Assembly: GCA_963830685.1 (NCBI GenBank)
Contig: CAWHNF010000002.1
Span: forward strand, 446,777-510,776
Direction: 5' to 3'
DNA from: an uncultured Alphaproteobacteria bacterium
Lineage (GTDB): Bacteria; Pseudomonadota; Alphaproteobacteria; Sphingomonadales; Sphingomonadaceae
Length of the DNA stretch: 64,000 nt
Shown here: positions 30,703-43,001 of the stretch, piece by piece
How the letters are laid out: each line of letters starts with the position of its first letter
Numbering within the stretch: position 1 is the first letter of the stretch
Made by a program: the position numbers and the translations under genes
Notes under the pieces: model-generated
Told to the model about the DNA's origin: nothing
What the model saw: the letters and a program-made list of their open reading frames with translations, nothing else
The model's database searches: none

Positions 30703-32445
30703 TCACTCCGCTGCCTCCGCCATCGCGACACTTTGCGGACCCCGCACAACAATGCCGGGCAGCGCGCCGGTCATTACGCCATCGCGGAATGTCACCACGC
30801 CTGACTTGACCGTCGCGACATAGCCGGTCGCCTTTTGCAGCAATCTTTTGCCGCCCGCGGGCAGATCGAACGCCAACCATGGTTTCTGTAGTTTCAGGTC
30901 GTCAAAATCGATCACGTTGATGTCGGCCAGATAACCCGGCTTCAATACACCGCGATCATTCAACCCATATAGCCGCGCGGTATCATGGCATTGGCGCTTC
31001 ACCGCCAATTCGAGTGGAATCGTCCCCGCCTTTCGATCGCGCGCCCAATAGCTCAGCAGAAATGTCGGTGACGCCGCGTCGCAGATTGTCCCGCAATGCG
31101 CGCCGCCGTCGGACAATGACGCCACGATATCCTCGCGCTGGAGCAGCTCTTTGGTGAAGTCCAGATTGCCGTCCATATAATTCAATATCGGCAGGTAAAT
31201 CATGCCGTTGCCATCGTCGGCCATTAGCTGATCATAAGCGTATTCCGCGCTGTCTTTGCCCGCGGCGTGGGCAAAGCCGAAGATGCTTTCCTCGCGCGTC
31301 GGCTCGTAACTGAACCCGTCGCCGAGCGGGAATTGCATCGCCCACGCAGCGGTTACCAGCATGAAGAACGGCGCCATATCGACCGACGGCGGCGGCAAAT
31401 TGTCCTCCTCCAGCATCGCCGCCTTGAACGCCGGGTCGGACAGCTTGGCCTTCTGCTCGTCCCACGGCAGCTCGGCGATCTTCTGCCAGCTTGGCTTGCG
31501 CATGAACGGATGCACCGTGCCGCGCCAGTTCATGATCACGCCGATACCGCGCAAGCCAATCGCCGCGACCAGATTGGCGCCATTATCATTGGCGGCCTGC
31601 ATCGCCGCCATCTGCTCGGTCCATGGCATTTGCTTGATCGGCGATTGCAGCATGGTGAAGGCGACGGGCAGTCCCGTCTCACGGCTCAGCCGCCCCATCC
31701 AGCCGAATTCGTCCCATTCCTCCATAAAATCAGTGGTCAGTTCGAACACGCCATGGCCGACCTTACCCATTGCGCGGCCAATACCGACCAGCTCTGGCTC
31801 GGTCGCGGTGGTGCCGGGGACGAGCTCGCCATCGACCGATTTGTGCAAGATCGTCCGCGAGGTGGAAAAGCCCAATGCGCCTGCGCGCAAGCCTTCCTCC
31901 ACCAGCCGCGCCATTTCGGCGATATCGGCCTCGGTCGGCTCTTCATTATCCGCACCGCGTTGCCCCATCACATAGGCGCGCAATGCGCCGTGCGGAACAT
32001 GGGTGCCGATGTCGATGGTGCGCGGCAATCGTTCCAGCGCGTCGAGATAGTCGGGAAAACTCTCCCAATCCCATTTCATGCCCTCGGCGAGCGCCGTGCC
32101 GGGTATATCCTCGACACCTTCCATCAGGCCGATTAGCCATTCATGCTTGTCTGCGCGCGCAGGCGCAAAACCAACCCCGCAATTGCCCATAACGACGGTA
32201 GTGACGCCATGCCAGCTCGACGGCCCCATCTCGCTATCCCAAGTCGCCTGCCCGTCATAATGCGTGTGGATATCGACAAAGCCCGGAGCGACGATTTTGC
32301 CGGTCGCATCGATTTCTTCGCGGCCGTGGGTGCTGATATGTCCGATTGCGGTAATCACGCCGCCGTCGACTGCCACATCCGCCATAAAGCGCGGTGCGCC
32401 GGTCCCATCGACTATAGTTCCGCCGCGAATGACCAGATCATGCAT
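30703..32445 (-). CDS. N-acyl-D-amino-acid deacylase-family amidohydrolase
   Basis: [29 protein letters not shown]. Confidence 0.92.
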   Translation of the reverse strand: MHDLVIRGGTIVDGTGAPRFMADVAVDGGVITAIGHISTHGREEIDATGKIVAPGFVDIHTHYDGQATWDSEMGPSSWHGVTTVVMGNCGVGFAPARADKHEWLIGLMEGVEDIPGTALAEGMKWDWESFPDYLDALERLPRTIDIGTHVPHGALRAYVMGQRGADNEEPTEADIAEMARLVEEGLRAGALGFSTSRTILHKSVDGELVPGTTATEPELVGIGRAMGKVGHGVFELTTDFMEEWDEFGWMGRLSRETGLPVAFTMLQSPIKQMPWTEQMAAMQAANDNGANLVAAIGLRGIGVIMNWRGTVHPFMRKPSWQKIAELPWDEQKAKLSDPAFKAAMLEEDNLPPPSVDMAPFFMLVTAAWAMQFPLGDGFSYEPTREESIFGFAHAAGKDSAEYAYDQLMADDGNGMIYLPILNYMDGNLDFTKELLQREDIVASLSDGGAHCGTICDAASPTFLLSYWARDRKAGTIPLELAVKRQCHDTARLYGLNDRGVLKPGYLADINVIDFDDLKLQKPWLAFDLPAGGKRLLQKATGYVATVKSGVVTFRDGVMTGALPGIVVRGPQSVAMAEAAE

Positions 32446-32501
32446 ATCGACTCTCCTCTATCCTCGCCGAAGGATAGCAGAGTTAATTGTGCGGTTAAAG
32501 C

Positions 32502-33857
32502 TTACTCGGCAGGTTGAACGTCGCTTCCTTTGCGCAAGCGGTTGCCCGCCAGTCCGCGCAAGCGCGCAAAGAAACGCGGTACGACCGCATTGCGCTGCAT
32601 CCATTCGGCATATTCGGCATAAGCAGGATCGGCCATCAGATGCTTTTCCTCGGTCCGCGCGCGCCAATAATATATGCCACTGACCAAAGCGAGGATGGCG
32701 CTGTTGCGGATCATATCGACCGTGCTGCCGGTGGTCACAAGAAACGGCATCGTCGCCAGCCACCAATAAGCGTTCTTGCTCAGATAGGCCGGGTGCTTCG
32801 AGAAGACATAAGGCCCGTGGGTCAATATGCCGCGATGCGTGAGGTTCGAGAATCGCAGCCCGAATGCCACGGTCGCCCATGCATAGATGCCGGTGAGGAG
32901 AACCAGAAGGCCGCCCCAAATCCATAAAAGCGTGCTATGCCCTTCGAACCAGTAAGCCCAGTCGCTCGTACCGATATGATAATCGAGCGGCCCACCATTG
33001 TTCATCAGGATGAAGGGTGGATAGCACATCAGCGCCGCGACCCAGCCCGCGAGATACGGGTTTGCCGTTCGGATATGCGCGTCGAGCGGCTTCATCGTCA
33101 GCATGTAACCGACGGTGGCGAACTGCACATCGACGAGGAACATCGCGGTGATGAGCGAATTCGCGAGCCAAATCGGATTGGTCGCGACTTCGGCAAAATT
33201 CATATTGACGATATCGCGGAAGCCACCGGGGACGATAGAGATCATGAAGGCGAGGAAAAAGCCCTTCACCGCCCAAGCACGCAGATGGTGGAGAATTTCG
33301 TCGCGGTCCCAATCGGCGCGTCCGGCGATCCATGCCCCCAGATGCCACGCGCCATCGCGCGGGTTCACCAGATAACGGTCGATCCAGACAACATAGGGCA
33401 CCGAGAGAATGATGAGCGGAATTGCGGCAGCCTGAAACATCTGCATCGAAAAGAGATAGGCGCCGTCCCAGTAGAAACGGCACAAAGCATAGATACTGGC
33501 GATAACGGCCCATGTTGCCCACAGCCCGGCAATCTTGACGATGCTGTCATCAAGGACGTCGGCAACCGGGCGCTTCAAACTCCAGTCGATGCCGGTGGAG
33601 GGACGCCGATGTACCTTGTCCACCAGCAATGACCACAGCACCATCGGCAAGCCGCAAAAAACCAGAGCGACTATCGCCGAATAAGGCCCATCGGCAAGCG
33701 CAGGCCATCCGGGAAAACCGAGCGCATCGCCAATGCTACCGAAATTACGCGCAATCAGGACCGCCAAGGCCAGCCCGAATAGCCCGCTCAAGCCGACAGC
33801 AGTGCTGACGGCAGACACAGGCCTAGGATCGGCGGCTTTTAAGGCGCTGGCTTTCAC
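32502..33857 (-). CDS. Isoprenylcysteine carboxyl methyltransferase-family membrane protein
   Basis: Multi-TM; C-terminal RFSNLTHRGILTHGPY..KHPAY, RARTEE.HL. Confidence 0.8.
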   Translation of the reverse strand: MKASALKAADPRPVSAVSTAVGLSGLFGLALAVLIARNFGSIGDALGFPGWPALADGPYSAIVALVFCGLPMVLWSLLVDKVHRRPSTGIDWSLKRPVADVLDDSIVKIAGLWATWAVIASIYALCRFYWDGAYLFSMQMFQAAAIPLIILSVPYVVWIDRYLVNPRDGAWHLGAWIAGRADWDRDEILHHLRAWAVKGFFLAFMISIVPGGFRDIVNMNFAEVATNPIWLANSLITAMFLVDVQFATVGYMLTMKPLDAHIRTANPYLAGWVAALMCYPPFILMNNGGPLDYHIGTSDWAYWFEGHSTLLWIWGGLLVLLTGIYAWATVAFGLRFSNLTHRGILTHGPYVFSKHPAYLSKNAYWWLATMPFLVTTGSTVDMIRNSAILALVSGIYYWRARTEEKHLMADPAYAEYAEWMQRNAVVPRFFARLRGLAGNRLRKGSDVQPAE

Positions 33858-33901
33858 GGCCCCGATTTAGCCGCAAATGGTTAAGAAAGCGGTGAAAGCA
33901 G

Positions 33902-35119
33902 TTAGGTTTTACGCTGTCCCAACAACCGCAAACGCAGAGCGTTCAGCTTGATGAAACCAGCCGCATCTTTCTGGTCGTAGGCTCCTGCATCATCCTCAAA
34001 GGTCACTACCTTTTCGCTATACAGGCTGTTCGGGGATTTACGCCCAACAACGCTCGCCAAGCCCTTGTAAAGCTTCAATCGAACTGTGCCCGAAACATGC
34101 TCCTGGCTGTGATCGATAGCTGCCTGCAACATCTCGCGTTCGGGGCTGAACCAGAAGCCGTTGTAGATGAGCTCTGCATATTTCGGCATCAGCTCGTCCT
34201 TCAAATGCGCGGCGCCTCGGTCGAGCGTGATGCTCTCAATCCCGCGATGCGCACGGGCGTAGATTTCGCCGCCCGGCGTTTCGTACATCCCGCGCGATTT
34301 CATTCCCACGAAACGGTTTTCGACGAGATCAAGGCGGCCAATGCCGTGCTTGCGGCCAAGCTCGTTCAGCGCCGCGAGCAACGTCGCCGGCGACATCGCC
34401 TCGCCGTTCAAAGCCACGCCGTCGCCTTTTTTAAAGTCGACGGTGATATATTCGGGCGTGTCAGGCGCATCTTCCGGATTAACAGTGCGCGAATAGACAT
34501 AGTCAGGGGTTTCATCCCATGGGTCTTCGAGCACTTTGCCTTCCGACGAAGTGTGCAACAGGTTCGCATCGGTCGAAAATGGGCTCTCGCCGCGCTTGTC
34601 CTTGGGCACCGGAATCTGATGCTGCTCGGCCCATTCGATCAACCGCGTGCGGCTGGTCAGGTCCCATTCGCGCCAAGGTGCGATCACCTTGATATCAGGG
34701 TTCAGCGCGTATGCGGACAACTCAAACCGCACTTGATCATTGCCCTTGCCGGTCGCGCCATGCGCAATTGCGTCAGCGCCAGTTTCGGCAGCAATCTCGA
34801 TTAGGCGCTTTGAAATCAGCGGCCGGGCAATCGACGTACCAAGCAGGTAATCGCCCTCATAGCGCGCATTGGCGCGCATCATCGGGAAAACGAAATCGCG
34901 GACAAATTCCTCGCGCAGATCGTCGATGTAGATGTGATGATCAGGCACGCCCATCAGCACTGCTTTTTCGCGCGCCGGCCCAAGCTCTTCGCCCTGCCCC
35001 AAATCGGCGGTGAAGGTTACCACCTCGCAATTATATTCGACCTGCAACCATTTCAGGATAACGCTGGTGTCGAGACCGCCCGAATAGGCAAGCACGACTT
35101 TTTTGATTGAATCTTTCAT
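33902..35119 (-). CDS. argG: Argininosuccinate synthase
   Basis: [37 protein letters not shown]. Confidence 0.98.
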   Translation of the reverse strand: MKDSIKKVVLAYSGGLDTSVILKWLQVEYNCEVVTFTADLGQGEELGPAREKAVLMGVPDHHIYIDDLREEFVRDFVFPMMRANARYEGDYLLGTSIARPLISKRLIEIAAETGADAIAHGATGKGNDQVRFELSAYALNPDIKVIAPWREWDLTSRTRLIEWAEQHQIPVPKDKRGESPFSTDANLLHTSSEGKVLEDPWDETPDYVYSRTVNPEDAPDTPEYITVDFKKGDGVALNGEAMSPATLLAALNELGRKHGIGRLDLVENRFVGMKSRGMYETPGGEIYARAHRGIESITLDRGAAHLKDELMPKYAELIYNGFWFSPEREMLQAAIDHSQEHVSGTVRLKLYKGLASVVGRKSPNSLYSEKVVTFEDDAGAYDQKDAAGFIKLNALRLRLLGQRKT

Positions 35120-35288
35120 GGAAGCAGACCTCTTTACGCGCGTACCTTGCGCGCGCCGCTAGCAGGGGGAAAGCCGGGGCGCAAGCCATGCCAAGCCTTG
35201 GCTTGGGCACGAGATTTCGATTTAGCCGGCTTATATTGTACCGGGTTATTTAAGTTCATGAATTCGGCACCGCAAACTTGCTAGAGAT

Positions 35289-35795
35289 ATGGCCATGAAA
35301 CTTCCTTTGCTAATCATGAGCCTCGCGACCCTTTCTCTAGGGAGCCAAGCCTCCGCGAACCCCAATGTCGAGATACGACCCGAGATGCCTGTACTCGGGA
35401 CTTGGGCTTTGGACGTCGAGCAGATGCCGATTCCTGCTGAACTTCGACCCAAAAATGTATCGATCACCTTTACAGATGTGGGTGCGGGAAAATGGGAAAC
35501 CCGCATCGATATCACAGGGGCAGATGACAGTGAGCGTCATATGAATTCAATTTATGAACGCGATGGATCAGCAGTAGCTATTGAAGGCGACCAGTTGGAA
35601 GCAGATGCAATTGCCGTCTCTACACCTACGCCGAAAACTCTGATTATGGCCCTTGCAAAAAGCGGGCGTCCGGCATCTACGCGCGTGTACTCCGTCGCTG
35701 ACGACGGTAGCACCATGATCGAAAAGGCGGTTAGCTACAATGATGCTGGTATGCCCGTTATACGAACGAACCGGTTTTTGCGTATAAGCAAATAG
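35289..35795 (+). CDS. Secreted lipocalin-like hypothetical protein
   Basis: Signal peptide, LGTWALD motif, beta-rich. Confidence 0.65.
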   Translation: MAMKLPLLIMSLATLSLGSQASANPNVEIRPEMPVLGTWALDVEQMPIPAELRPKNVSITFTDVGAGKWETRIDITGADDSERHMNSIYERDGSAVAIEGDQLEADAIAVSTPTPKTLIMALAKSGRPASTRVYSVADDGSTMIEKAVSYNDAGMPVIRTNRFLRISK

Positions 35796-35857
35796 AAAAC
35801 AAAGGCGCGGCGAGGTCAGTTCTCGGCTCCGGTGCCTAAGGCGAATATCCCCAGTTC

Positions 35858-36424
35858 CTAACGCACCAATTCCCAGACCTGCCAGCTGCCGAGCGCAAAA
35901 AATAGCGATGCGGCAATCATACGAATAACATTGAGCGATACGCACTTCACAAGGCCTTCACCAAGGAAGACGGCCGGAACGTTGGCGACCATCATCCCAA
36001 AGGTGGTCCCGGCAGCCACGGCAAATGCTGAATGATATTGTGCACCCAATGCCACAGTTGCCACCTGCGTTTTGTCACCCATTTCAACAATGAAAAAAGC
36101 GATAGCGGTCGTCAGAAAAATGCTTCCCTTGTGCGAGACTTCAGCTTCGTCACCATCGATTTTGTCCGGGACTAAGGTCCACCCAGCCATCGCAATAAAA
36201 CCTAGCGCTATGACCCAACGGAACCATGGCGCATTGAGGAGACCGGCTACCTGTTGTCCGACCAATGCCGCAAGCAGGTGGTTCGCAAGAGTCGCTACAA
36301 AAATTCCGGCGATAATTGGGAAAGGTGCGCGGAACCGCGTCGCCAGCAATATCGCCAACAGCATCGTCTTGTCGCCAATTTCGGCAATCGCGACGAGCAC
36401 GGCGGATGTGAAGAAAATTTCCAT
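35858..36424 (-). CDS. TMEM165/GDT1 (UPF0016) Mn/Ca exporter
   Basis: Two EIGDKT/EMGDKTQ repeats; ATG at 36424. Confidence 0.93.
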   Translation of the reverse strand: MEIFFTSAVLVAIAEIGDKTMLLAILLATRFRAPFPIIAGIFVATLANHLLAALVGQQVAGLLNAPWFRWVIALGFIAMAGWTLVPDKIDGDEAEVSHKGSIFLTTAIAFFIVEMGDKTQVATVALGAQYHSAFAVAAGTTFGMMVANVPAVFLGEGLVKCVSLNVIRMIAASLFFALGSWQVWELVR

Positions 36425-36499
36425 CTGAAACTCCGGGGCCAGGCAGAAATTCGACGCAATGCCACCGGCTACCCCTGCCCGACCGGAACAGGTGCCGAT

Positions 36500-36619
36500 G
36501 CCATTGGTCTCGCCTTGGACCGCTTCACACGACCCCACATGCACCACGACCTCTCGGCCAAATATGTTGATGCATGTCCCGTTTCCGCCGTGGAAACGAC
36601 TGGCTACTCCCCAGATGAC
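36500..36619 (-). promoter_or_regulatory. yybP-ykoY (Mn2+) riboswitch
   Basis: Minus strand reads ggggagtagcc...tcaacatattt..ggccg...ggcgagacc, upstream of the UPF0016 gene. Confidence 0.85.
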
Positions 36620-36656
36620 GCGTTATTCCCTAGGCCGCTATCGAGGGAGAAGCAAG

Positions 36657-37082
36657 ATGGCCAAGGCGGAAACGAAGACGAAACCGACTGAAATCAGCGT
36701 TGGTGCGTTCATTGATGCTGTTGCCGACAAGCAGCAGCGGGCGGATGCCCACAAGATTGCTGAGATGATGGCGCGACTATCTGGGCACCAGCCCAAAATG
36801 TGGGGTCCGAGTATCATCGGCTTTGGCGGTTATCATTACAAATATGACAGCGGCCGCGAGGGCGACATGTGTCGTATCGGGTTCAGCCCACGCAAAGGCA
36901 ATATGGTACTATATCTTATCGACGGATTTGAAGGACAGGCTGCACTTCTGGAAAAGCTGGGCAAGCACAAAACGGGCAAATCCTGTCTCTATATAAAGCG
37001 CCTGAGCGATGTCGATGAAGCTGTTTTGGAACAGCTTATTGTTGAATCGCTGAACTATATGGCGGCGAAGTACCCCGAATGA
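36657..37082 (+). CDS. DUF1801 (YdhG-like) protein
   Basis: MWGPSIIGFG.YHYKY.SGREGD, LGKHKTGKSCLYIK. Confidence 0.9.
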   Translation: MAKAETKTKPTEISVGAFIDAVADKQQRADAHKIAEMMARLSGHQPKMWGPSIIGFGGYHYKYDSGREGDMCRIGFSPRKGNMVLYLIDGFEGQAALLEKLGKHKTGKSCLYIKRLSDVDEAVLEQLIVESLNYMAAKYPE

Positions 37083-37177
37083 AGGCGTAACTTTTCGTCA
37101 TTTTACCGCGAACACCATGTCGCGGACAGGGTTTAACTCCCTTTCTCCCTGTCCGTACCAGACGATAGGAATGTTCC

Positions 37178-37924
37178 ATGAAAAGTGCCGTTACTGTGGT
37201 GATGTCCTTGATCCCGCTGACGCTAGGTGGGTGCCAGAAAGCGGCGCCGGTCGTCGAAGACGCCAAGGCAGCGACATCCATCATTGCTGCAAAAAGCCGC
37301 GCAACGGCAGAAAATCCAATCGTCGTTGAGCTCTATCAGAGCCAAGGCTGCTCCTCCTGCCCCCCCGCCAATGCCGCAGTCAATGCAGTGGCCGATCAGC
37401 CCGGCGTCATCGCACTCAGCTTTGCCGTGACCTATTGGGACAGGCTCGGATGGAAAGATGTGTTTGCTGACAAAGCTTACACCCAGCGACAATATGATTA
37501 TGCCCACGCGCTCGGCAACGCCAATGTGGCGACGCCGCAGATCATCATCAACGGCAAGACCGCGATCACCGGCATTAAGCAAGGCGAACTGGCAAGAGGC
37601 ATCGAAGCGAGTTCGCCGCTAGCCAAAGGTCCGAGCATCAAAATCGCCAACAATGAGATAACCATCGGCAAAGGCGCTGGCCAGGCAAATGTCTGGCTTG
37701 TTCGTTACGATCCGCGGACCCAGCAAATTGCCATCCGTTCAGGCGAAAATACCGGACGTACTTTGCCGCACAAAAACATTGTGCGATCCTTGGAAAAGCT
37801 TGGCGAATGGAAGGGCGTCGCTGAGAATTTCAAATTGCCAGCAGCGCCAACAGGTCAGTTGAAGAGCGTGATACTGTTGCAACGCCGCAGTGCAGGCGAA
37901 ATCATTGCGGCCAAACTGCTCTGA
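37178..37924 (+). CDS. DUF1223 thioredoxin-like lipoprotein
   Basis: VELYQSQGCSSCPPA, VTYWDRLGWKD, TPQIIING, SGEN.GR.L.H.N.VR. Confidence 0.9.
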   Translation: MKSAVTVVMSLIPLTLGGCQKAAPVVEDAKAATSIIAAKSRATAENPIVVELYQSQGCSSCPPANAAVNAVADQPGVIALSFAVTYWDRLGWKDVFADKAYTQRQYDYAHALGNANVATPQIIINGKTAITGIKQGELARGIEASSPLAKGPSIKIANNEITIGKGAGQANVWLVRYDPRTQQIAIRSGENTGRTLPHKNIVRSLEKLGEWKGVAENFKLPAAPTGQLKSVILLQRRSAGEIIAAKLL

Positions 37925-38068
37925 TTAATCGACCGGCACATTATCGACATTTTTGCCGCGACCTGATTGACGGATTTTGAACTGACGCCGGTTATTAAAA
38001 TAACGCACCACAACACCAACCAAAATCAACGCCATCACTGCGCAAAGCACATAGGCAACAATCAGCCT
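37925..38068 (-). CDS. Small single-TM protein
   Basis: METRLIVAYVLCAVMALILVGVVVRYF...; start inferred. Confidence 0.5.
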   Translation of the reverse strand, partial: RLIVAYVLCAVMALILVGVVVRYFNNRRQFKIRQSGRGKNVDNVPVD

Positions 38069-38215
38069 CGTTTCCATTATTTCAAAACTCCCGCGACCCG
38101 GTTTGCCGGGTAAATTTGGTATAACAAAGGTTGTAAAATGATGTTGGGTATGTGGCAATGATATTTCAGGCTACGATAACATTTATTCGGCACCGGTGCA
38201 TCGGTGCCACAATGC

Positions 38216-39001
38216 CTAGCCGGCAATCAACAATTGCGCGTCTTTTGACATCATCATTTCATCCTGACTGTCAGCAATCATGCAATCGCCGATAGCGGCC
38301 TTTTCTCCTCCGATATCGGCCGAACCGGCGAGCGGGATCACCCAGCGCGAACCGGTTTTAGGCAATGCCGCGATGTCCGAATCGCTGTTAACCAGCCACA
38401 GATTAAAATGCGGCCCGCCTACAAGCTGCTGCCCCGCCGCCGCATAGCCTGACCGCGCATCGGCATAGGGTACAGCGATTGAGACTGCGACACCATCATC
38501 CAGATGCAGTTCGCGCGGCCTGCCATAATCATATAGCCTATACGTGATATCGGCATATTGCTGCACCTCTACCAGTGTAATGCCAGCCCCGATGGCATGC
38601 ACCGTGCCCGCCGGAATGTAGAAATAGTCCCCGGCCTTAACCGGCTTCCAATCCATCAACTTTTCGATCTCGCCAGACAAAGACGCTTCGCGCAATTCGT
38701 CGGCGCTTAACGGGCGCGTGGTTCCGATCCCGAGTACCGCGCCCGGTGCTGCATCTACGATGAACCAGCATTCCTCTTTACCCGACGGCATACCGCGTGC
38801 TTCTGCCTGAGCATCGTTGGGATGGACCTGAATCGACAGCTTTTCCGAGGTAAAAAGCCATTTGACGAGGATCGGCAATTCGGCCTTCCCATCGCTTTCA
38901 TACCAGATTTCTCCGATACGCCGACCACCCATGTCACCAAAGGCAGCTGGAATGTCGGTGCGCCCCCAAGGCTTTTCGACCAAATGCTTTTGCAGTTTCA
39001 T
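38216..39001 (-). CDS. manA: Class I mannose-6-phosphate isomerase
   Basis: KPWG, GEIW, LSIQVHP, KEECW, AGTVHA, EVQQ..DITYRLYD. Confidence 0.92.
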   Translation of the reverse strand: MKLQKHLVEKPWGRTDIPAAFGDMGGRRIGEIWYESDGKAELPILVKWLFTSEKLSIQVHPNDAQAEARGMPSGKEECWFIVDAAPGAVLGIGTTRPLSADELREASLSGEIEKLMDWKPVKAGDYFYIPAGTVHAIGAGITLVEVQQYADITYRLYDYGRPRELHLDDGVAVSIAVPYADARSGYAAAGQQLVGGPHFNLWLVNSDSDIAALPKTGSRWVIPLAGSADIGGEKAAIGDCMIADSQDEMMMSKDAQLLIAG

Positions 39002-39131
39002 GGCGGGAGTAATGACCGCTTGCCCAAAAAAGTTCCAGCGGAGTTTTTTGCTTTTGCGCATTTGAAACAGGCGCTAGGGGAAGCGCAACGATAAAAAACC
39101 TCCCCAGGCACCATAAAAACTGGAGCCAATA

Positions 39132-41225
39132 ATGACAAATTATGTTTCGCGTGCCGGACTGCACATCGCAGAAGAACTGGCGTTATTCATCGAAACGCGC
39201 GCGCTGCCTGATACCGGCATATCGGTCGAGCATCTGTGGCAAGGGCTAGCTGACATTTTGACGCGCTTCGTGCCGCAAAACCGGGCGTTGCTGGCAAAAC
39301 GCGATGCGATTCAGGCAAAGCTCGACGACTGGCACAAAGCCAATCCCGGCCCGATTGCAGACATGGCAGCCTATCAGGCGTTCCTGCGTGAAATCGGTTA
39401 TCTCGTTCCAGAGCCTGCTCCCTTTGCCATTGGCACGCAAAATGTCGATGCCGAGATTGCGACAATGGCGGGGCCGCAGCTTGTCGTACCCAGCCTCAAC
39501 GACCGCTTTGTGCTGAACGCGGCGAATGCGCGCTGGGGCAGCTTGTACGATGCGCTATATGGGACTGACGTCCTCGACGCGCCCGCCGCCCGCCCAGGTG
39601 GTTATGATGCGCAGCGGGGCGCAGCGGTGGTCGCTTATGCGAAGGCCTTCCTCGACAGCGCCGTTCCGCTCGAAAATGGGTCATGGGCGGATCTGGGCAA
39701 TCCATCGGGCGGTATCGCGCTCAAAGACTCAGCTCAATATGTCGGCAAGAGCGAGCATGGGCGGCTATTCCGCCACAATGGCCTGCACATCGAAGTGATG
39801 TTCGAACCCGATCATCCGGTAGGCAAGACCGATCCATCGGGTATCTCTGACGTCATTCTGGAAGCAGCCCTTACCACGATCATCGATCTCGAAGATTCGG
39901 TGGCTGCGGTGGACGCTCAAGATAAGGTTGCAGCTTATACCAACTGGCTCGGCCTGATGCGCGGCGATCTGGTCGCATCCTTTGCGAAGGGCGGGCAGAC
40001 AATGACCCGCGCGCTTGACGCCGACCGGATATATGACAGAATTACCCTGCCCGGTCGCAGCCTGATGTTCGTGCGCAACGTCGGACATCTGATGACCAAT
40101 CCGGCTGTACTGCTCGCCGATGGCAGCGAAGCACCCGAGGGCATCCTCGACGCGCTTTTCACCTCACTCTGCGCCTTGCACGACTTGATGGGCCTCGGCA
40201 CCCACCGCAACAGCCGCGCCGGTTCAATTTATATCGTTAAGCCAAAAATGCATGGCCCCGAAGAAGCCGCACTGACCAACGCATTGTTCGACGCGGTCGA
40301 AGACGTCCTTGGCCTTCCGCGCCATACGGTCAAAGTTGGCGTAATGGATGAAGAGCGTCGCACCAGCGCCAACCTTGCCGCCTGCATCCACGCGGTGAAG
40401 GACCGGATCGTCTTCATCAACACCGGCTTCCTCGACCGCACCGGTGACGAGATGCACACCGCGATGCACGCTGGCCCGATGATCCGCAAAGCCGAGATGA
40501 AAACATCGTCTTGGATTGCGGCGTACGAAGCGCGCAACGTGCAAATTGGCTTGGCTTGCGGCCTGTCTGGCAAAGCGCAAATCGGCAAGGGGATGTGGGC
40601 CGCACCCGATATGATGCGCGACATGATGGTGCAGAAAATCGGCCATCCCAAGGCAGGTGCGAACACCGCATGGGTGCCCTCGCCCACCGCCGCCACTTTG
40701 CACGCAATGCATTATCATGCATTTGACGTGTTCGCGCGACAGGCGGAGTTGGCCAAGGAGCCAACGCCTGGCCTAGATCCATTGCTGACCATTCCGGTCG
40801 CTCCCACCGGCCACAATTGGTCTGATGAAGATGTCGCACAGGAACTGGAAAACAACGCGCAAGGCATTCTTGGCTATGTCGTCCGCTGGATCGACCAGGG
40901 GGTGGGTTGCTCGAAAGTGCCTGACATTCATGACGTCGGCCTGATGGAAGATCGGGCGACATTGCGGATTTCTTCGCAGCACATCGCCAACTGGCTACTC
41001 CACGGCATCGCGACCGAAGCACAGGTCGATGCCGCGCTTACCAAAATGGCGGCTAAGGTTGATGCGCAAAATGCAGCTGATCCGCTATATGAAAAGCTCA
41101 CGCCCGATAGCGTCGCCTTCAAAGCCGCGCGCGCGCTGATCTTTGAGGGCGTGTCGCAGCCCAACGGCTACACTGAGCCTTTACTGCACAAATTCCGGAT
41201 GGAGAAGAAAGCGGCGTCGGCTTAA
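39132..41225 (+). CDS. glcB: Malate synthase G
   Basis: [54 protein letters not shown]. Confidence 0.98.
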   Translation: MTNYVSRAGLHIAEELALFIETRALPDTGISVEHLWQGLADILTRFVPQNRALLAKRDAIQAKLDDWHKANPGPIADMAAYQAFLREIGYLVPEPAPFAIGTQNVDAEIATMAGPQLVVPSLNDRFVLNAANARWGSLYDALYGTDVLDAPAARPGGYDAQRGAAVVAYAKAFLDSAVPLENGSWADLGNPSGGIALKDSAQYVGKSEHGRLFRHNGLHIEVMFEPDHPVGKTDPSGISDVILEAALTTIIDLEDSVAAVDAQDKVAAYTNWLGLMRGDLVASFAKGGQTMTRALDADRIYDRITLPGRSLMFVRNVGHLMTNPAVLLADGSEAPEGILDALFTSLCALHDLMGLGTHRNSRAGSIYIVKPKMHGPEEAALTNALFDAVEDVLGLPRHTVKVGVMDEERRTSANLAACIHAVKDRIVFINTGFLDRTGDEMHTAMHAGPMIRKAEMKTSSWIAAYEARNVQIGLACGLSGKAQIGKGMWAAPDMMRDMMVQKIGHPKAGANTAWVPSPTAATLHAMHYHAFDVFARQAELAKEPTPGLDPLLTIPVAPTGHNWSDEDVAQELENNAQGILGYVVRWIDQGVGCSKVPDIHDVGLMEDRATLRISSQHIANWLLHGIATEAQVDAALTKMAAKVDAQNAADPLYEKLTPDSVAFKAARALIFEGVSQPNGYTEPLLHKFRMEKKAASA

Positions 41226-42391
41226 CGCCCCGCCGCTTTCTTCATCTGTGCCGCTTTCCAGTCCATCGCGCGGCGGACCCGGCGTTCGACTGACGGATGC
41301 GAATAGAAAATCGCTTCCTCAAGCGCCGAGGGGCGCGGGTAGCGATATTCGGCGGTTTTGATCAAGGCACCTGCAAGCGCGTCTGGCAAATTGACGGTGC
41401 GCAGCGAATAGGCATCGGCTTCGCTTTCGCCTATTCGGATGACACCGTTCAATGGCTGCGCAAGAACGAAAAGCGCCGACATGATAAACAGCAATATCGG
41501 CAACCCTTCGGGATCGCCGATCTGCGCTTTGCTGCCGAACAGAGCGGCGACCCGGCGAAACATCAGGTTGCTGAGGAAGAAGCCAACAATCGCCATCCCG
41601 GAAAACAGGAAAACGAAACGCCAGACATGGCCAAGGACATAATGGCCGATTTCATGCCCGGTCACCGCTTTGACCTCATCAAGCGAAGCCTCCGTCAGCG
41701 CCACATCCGAAATCGCAATTCGGCCAGTGCCAAACACACCCGAAACATTGGCGGTAAAGTTGTTCGACTGGCGCGAACCGTCGAACATCAAAAGCCGGTC
41801 CGCCGGAATCCCCGCTTCGGCAGCCATCTCTACGAGCGCGGTCCTGACCGGGCCTTCGGGAACAGGCTTATAGTCGTTGAATAAAGGCTCGATGAGCACT
41901 GGCGAAAGCAAGATCGTCATGGCGATAGCAGATGCTGCCAGCCCGCCCGACCACAGCCACCATTTCTTGCCAGTGCGCCGGATGAGCGCGTAGACGCCGA
42001 GGAAGAACAAGCCGCCCAACACCGCTGAAATGACCATGCTGATGCTGCCTTGTGCCAGAAAGTCGGACAAAGGCTGGCTCGTCCGGCCATAGCTTTTCTC
42101 GCGGAAATATTCTTCGTACAAAGTCCACGGTAGGGTGAGCAACGCAGAGACTATGAAATAGGTCGTCGCGATCAGCCATGTCCGCAAAGCCCAAGCGCGC
42201 TTTTCAAATCGCGCTGCGACGCGGTCGAGAATTCCCAGACGCACGATGAACATCGTTACAACCCCAGAAACTACCAGTCCCCAAAGCAACATCCAGTGCC
42301 CGCCTGAAGTGTAAGCGGCGGCTTGCTCCAACGCTGCTTCGCCAAGCCCGTCGATATAGCGCGCGGTTTCAATCGCTGGATCAAATGTCAT
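41222..42391 (-). CDS. M48 (Ste24-like) membrane metalloprotease
   Basis: HEIGH, E.EAD.Y, YSHP. Confidence 0.92.
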   Translation of the reverse strand: MTFDPAIETARYIDGLGEAALEQAAAYTSGGHWMLLWGLVVSGVVTMFIVRLGILDRVAARFEKRAWALRTWLIATTYFIVSALLTLPWTLYEEYFREKSYGRTSQPLSDFLAQGSISMVISAVLGGLFFLGVYALIRRTGKKWWLWSGGLAASAIAMTILLSPVLIEPLFNDYKPVPEGPVRTALVEMAAEAGIPADRLLMFDGSRQSNNFTANVSGVFGTGRIAISDVALTEASLDEVKAVTGHEIGHYVLGHVWRFVFLFSGMAIVGFFLSNLMFRRVAALFGSKAQIGDPEGLPILLFIMSALFVLAQPLNGVIRIGESEADAYSLRTVNLPDALAGALIKTAEYRYPRPSALEEAIFYSHPSVERRVRRAMDWKAAQMKKAAGR

Positions 42392-42491
42392 CAATTCTTC
42401 TCCCTGTATTGCCGTATTAGGTAGATGATACAGTAAGAACACGCAACACTAATTCTTGCCTGCCCTCAGGCGGCATGGTTTACTCGACATT

Positions 42492-42902
42492 ATGTGGAGG
42501 CTAATCATTGTCTACGGCGCAGCGCTCGCCGCACTGGCATTTCTGCTCGAATGGCTGGACTACAAACATGCGGTCCATGCGTGGTCGACCGAATTTTATG
42601 TGGCCTGCATTGCGGTGATGTTCGTTGCCCTAGGCATATGGGTCGGCAATCGGCTGACCGCCCGGCCGCGCTTGCAATATGCGCGGAACGACGCCGCAAT
42701 CGCATCGCTCGGCATCAGCGCACGCGAATGCGAGGTTCTCGAAATGCTGGCCGCTGGTCATGCCAACAAGGTAATTGCCCGCCGCCTCGATATCTCGCCC
42801 AACACGGTGAAAACACATATCGCACGGCTTTACGAAAAGCTTGAGGTCGCGAGCCGGACGCAAGCCATCGGCAAGGCGCGCGAGCTTGATATCCTGCCAT
42901 AA
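42492..42902 (+). CDS. Membrane-anchored LuxR-family regulator
   Basis: Two TMs plus ISARECEVL..LAAG..NKVIAR.L.ISPNTVKTH. Confidence 0.9.
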   Translation: MWRLIIVYGAALAALAFLLEWLDYKHAVHAWSTEFYVACIAVMFVALGIWVGNRLTARPRLQYARNDAAIASLGISARECEVLEMLAAGHANKVIARRLDISPNTVKTHIARLYEKLEVASRTQAIGKARELDILP

Positions 42903-43001
42903 ATTCTGGCGGTTTTAGGCAAATCACCCATCTGGGCGATAGCTTATCCTGATTGCTCCGCCTTATTCCTCATGGCATTCACCATATCAGGGAGAAAGTT
43001 C

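Noticed and set aside
32502-42391. ICMT-like and Ste24-like genes as a bacterial CAAX-processing pathway
   Set aside because: They are about 7 kb apart with unrelated genes between them, there is no prenyltransferase, and both families are common in bacteria.
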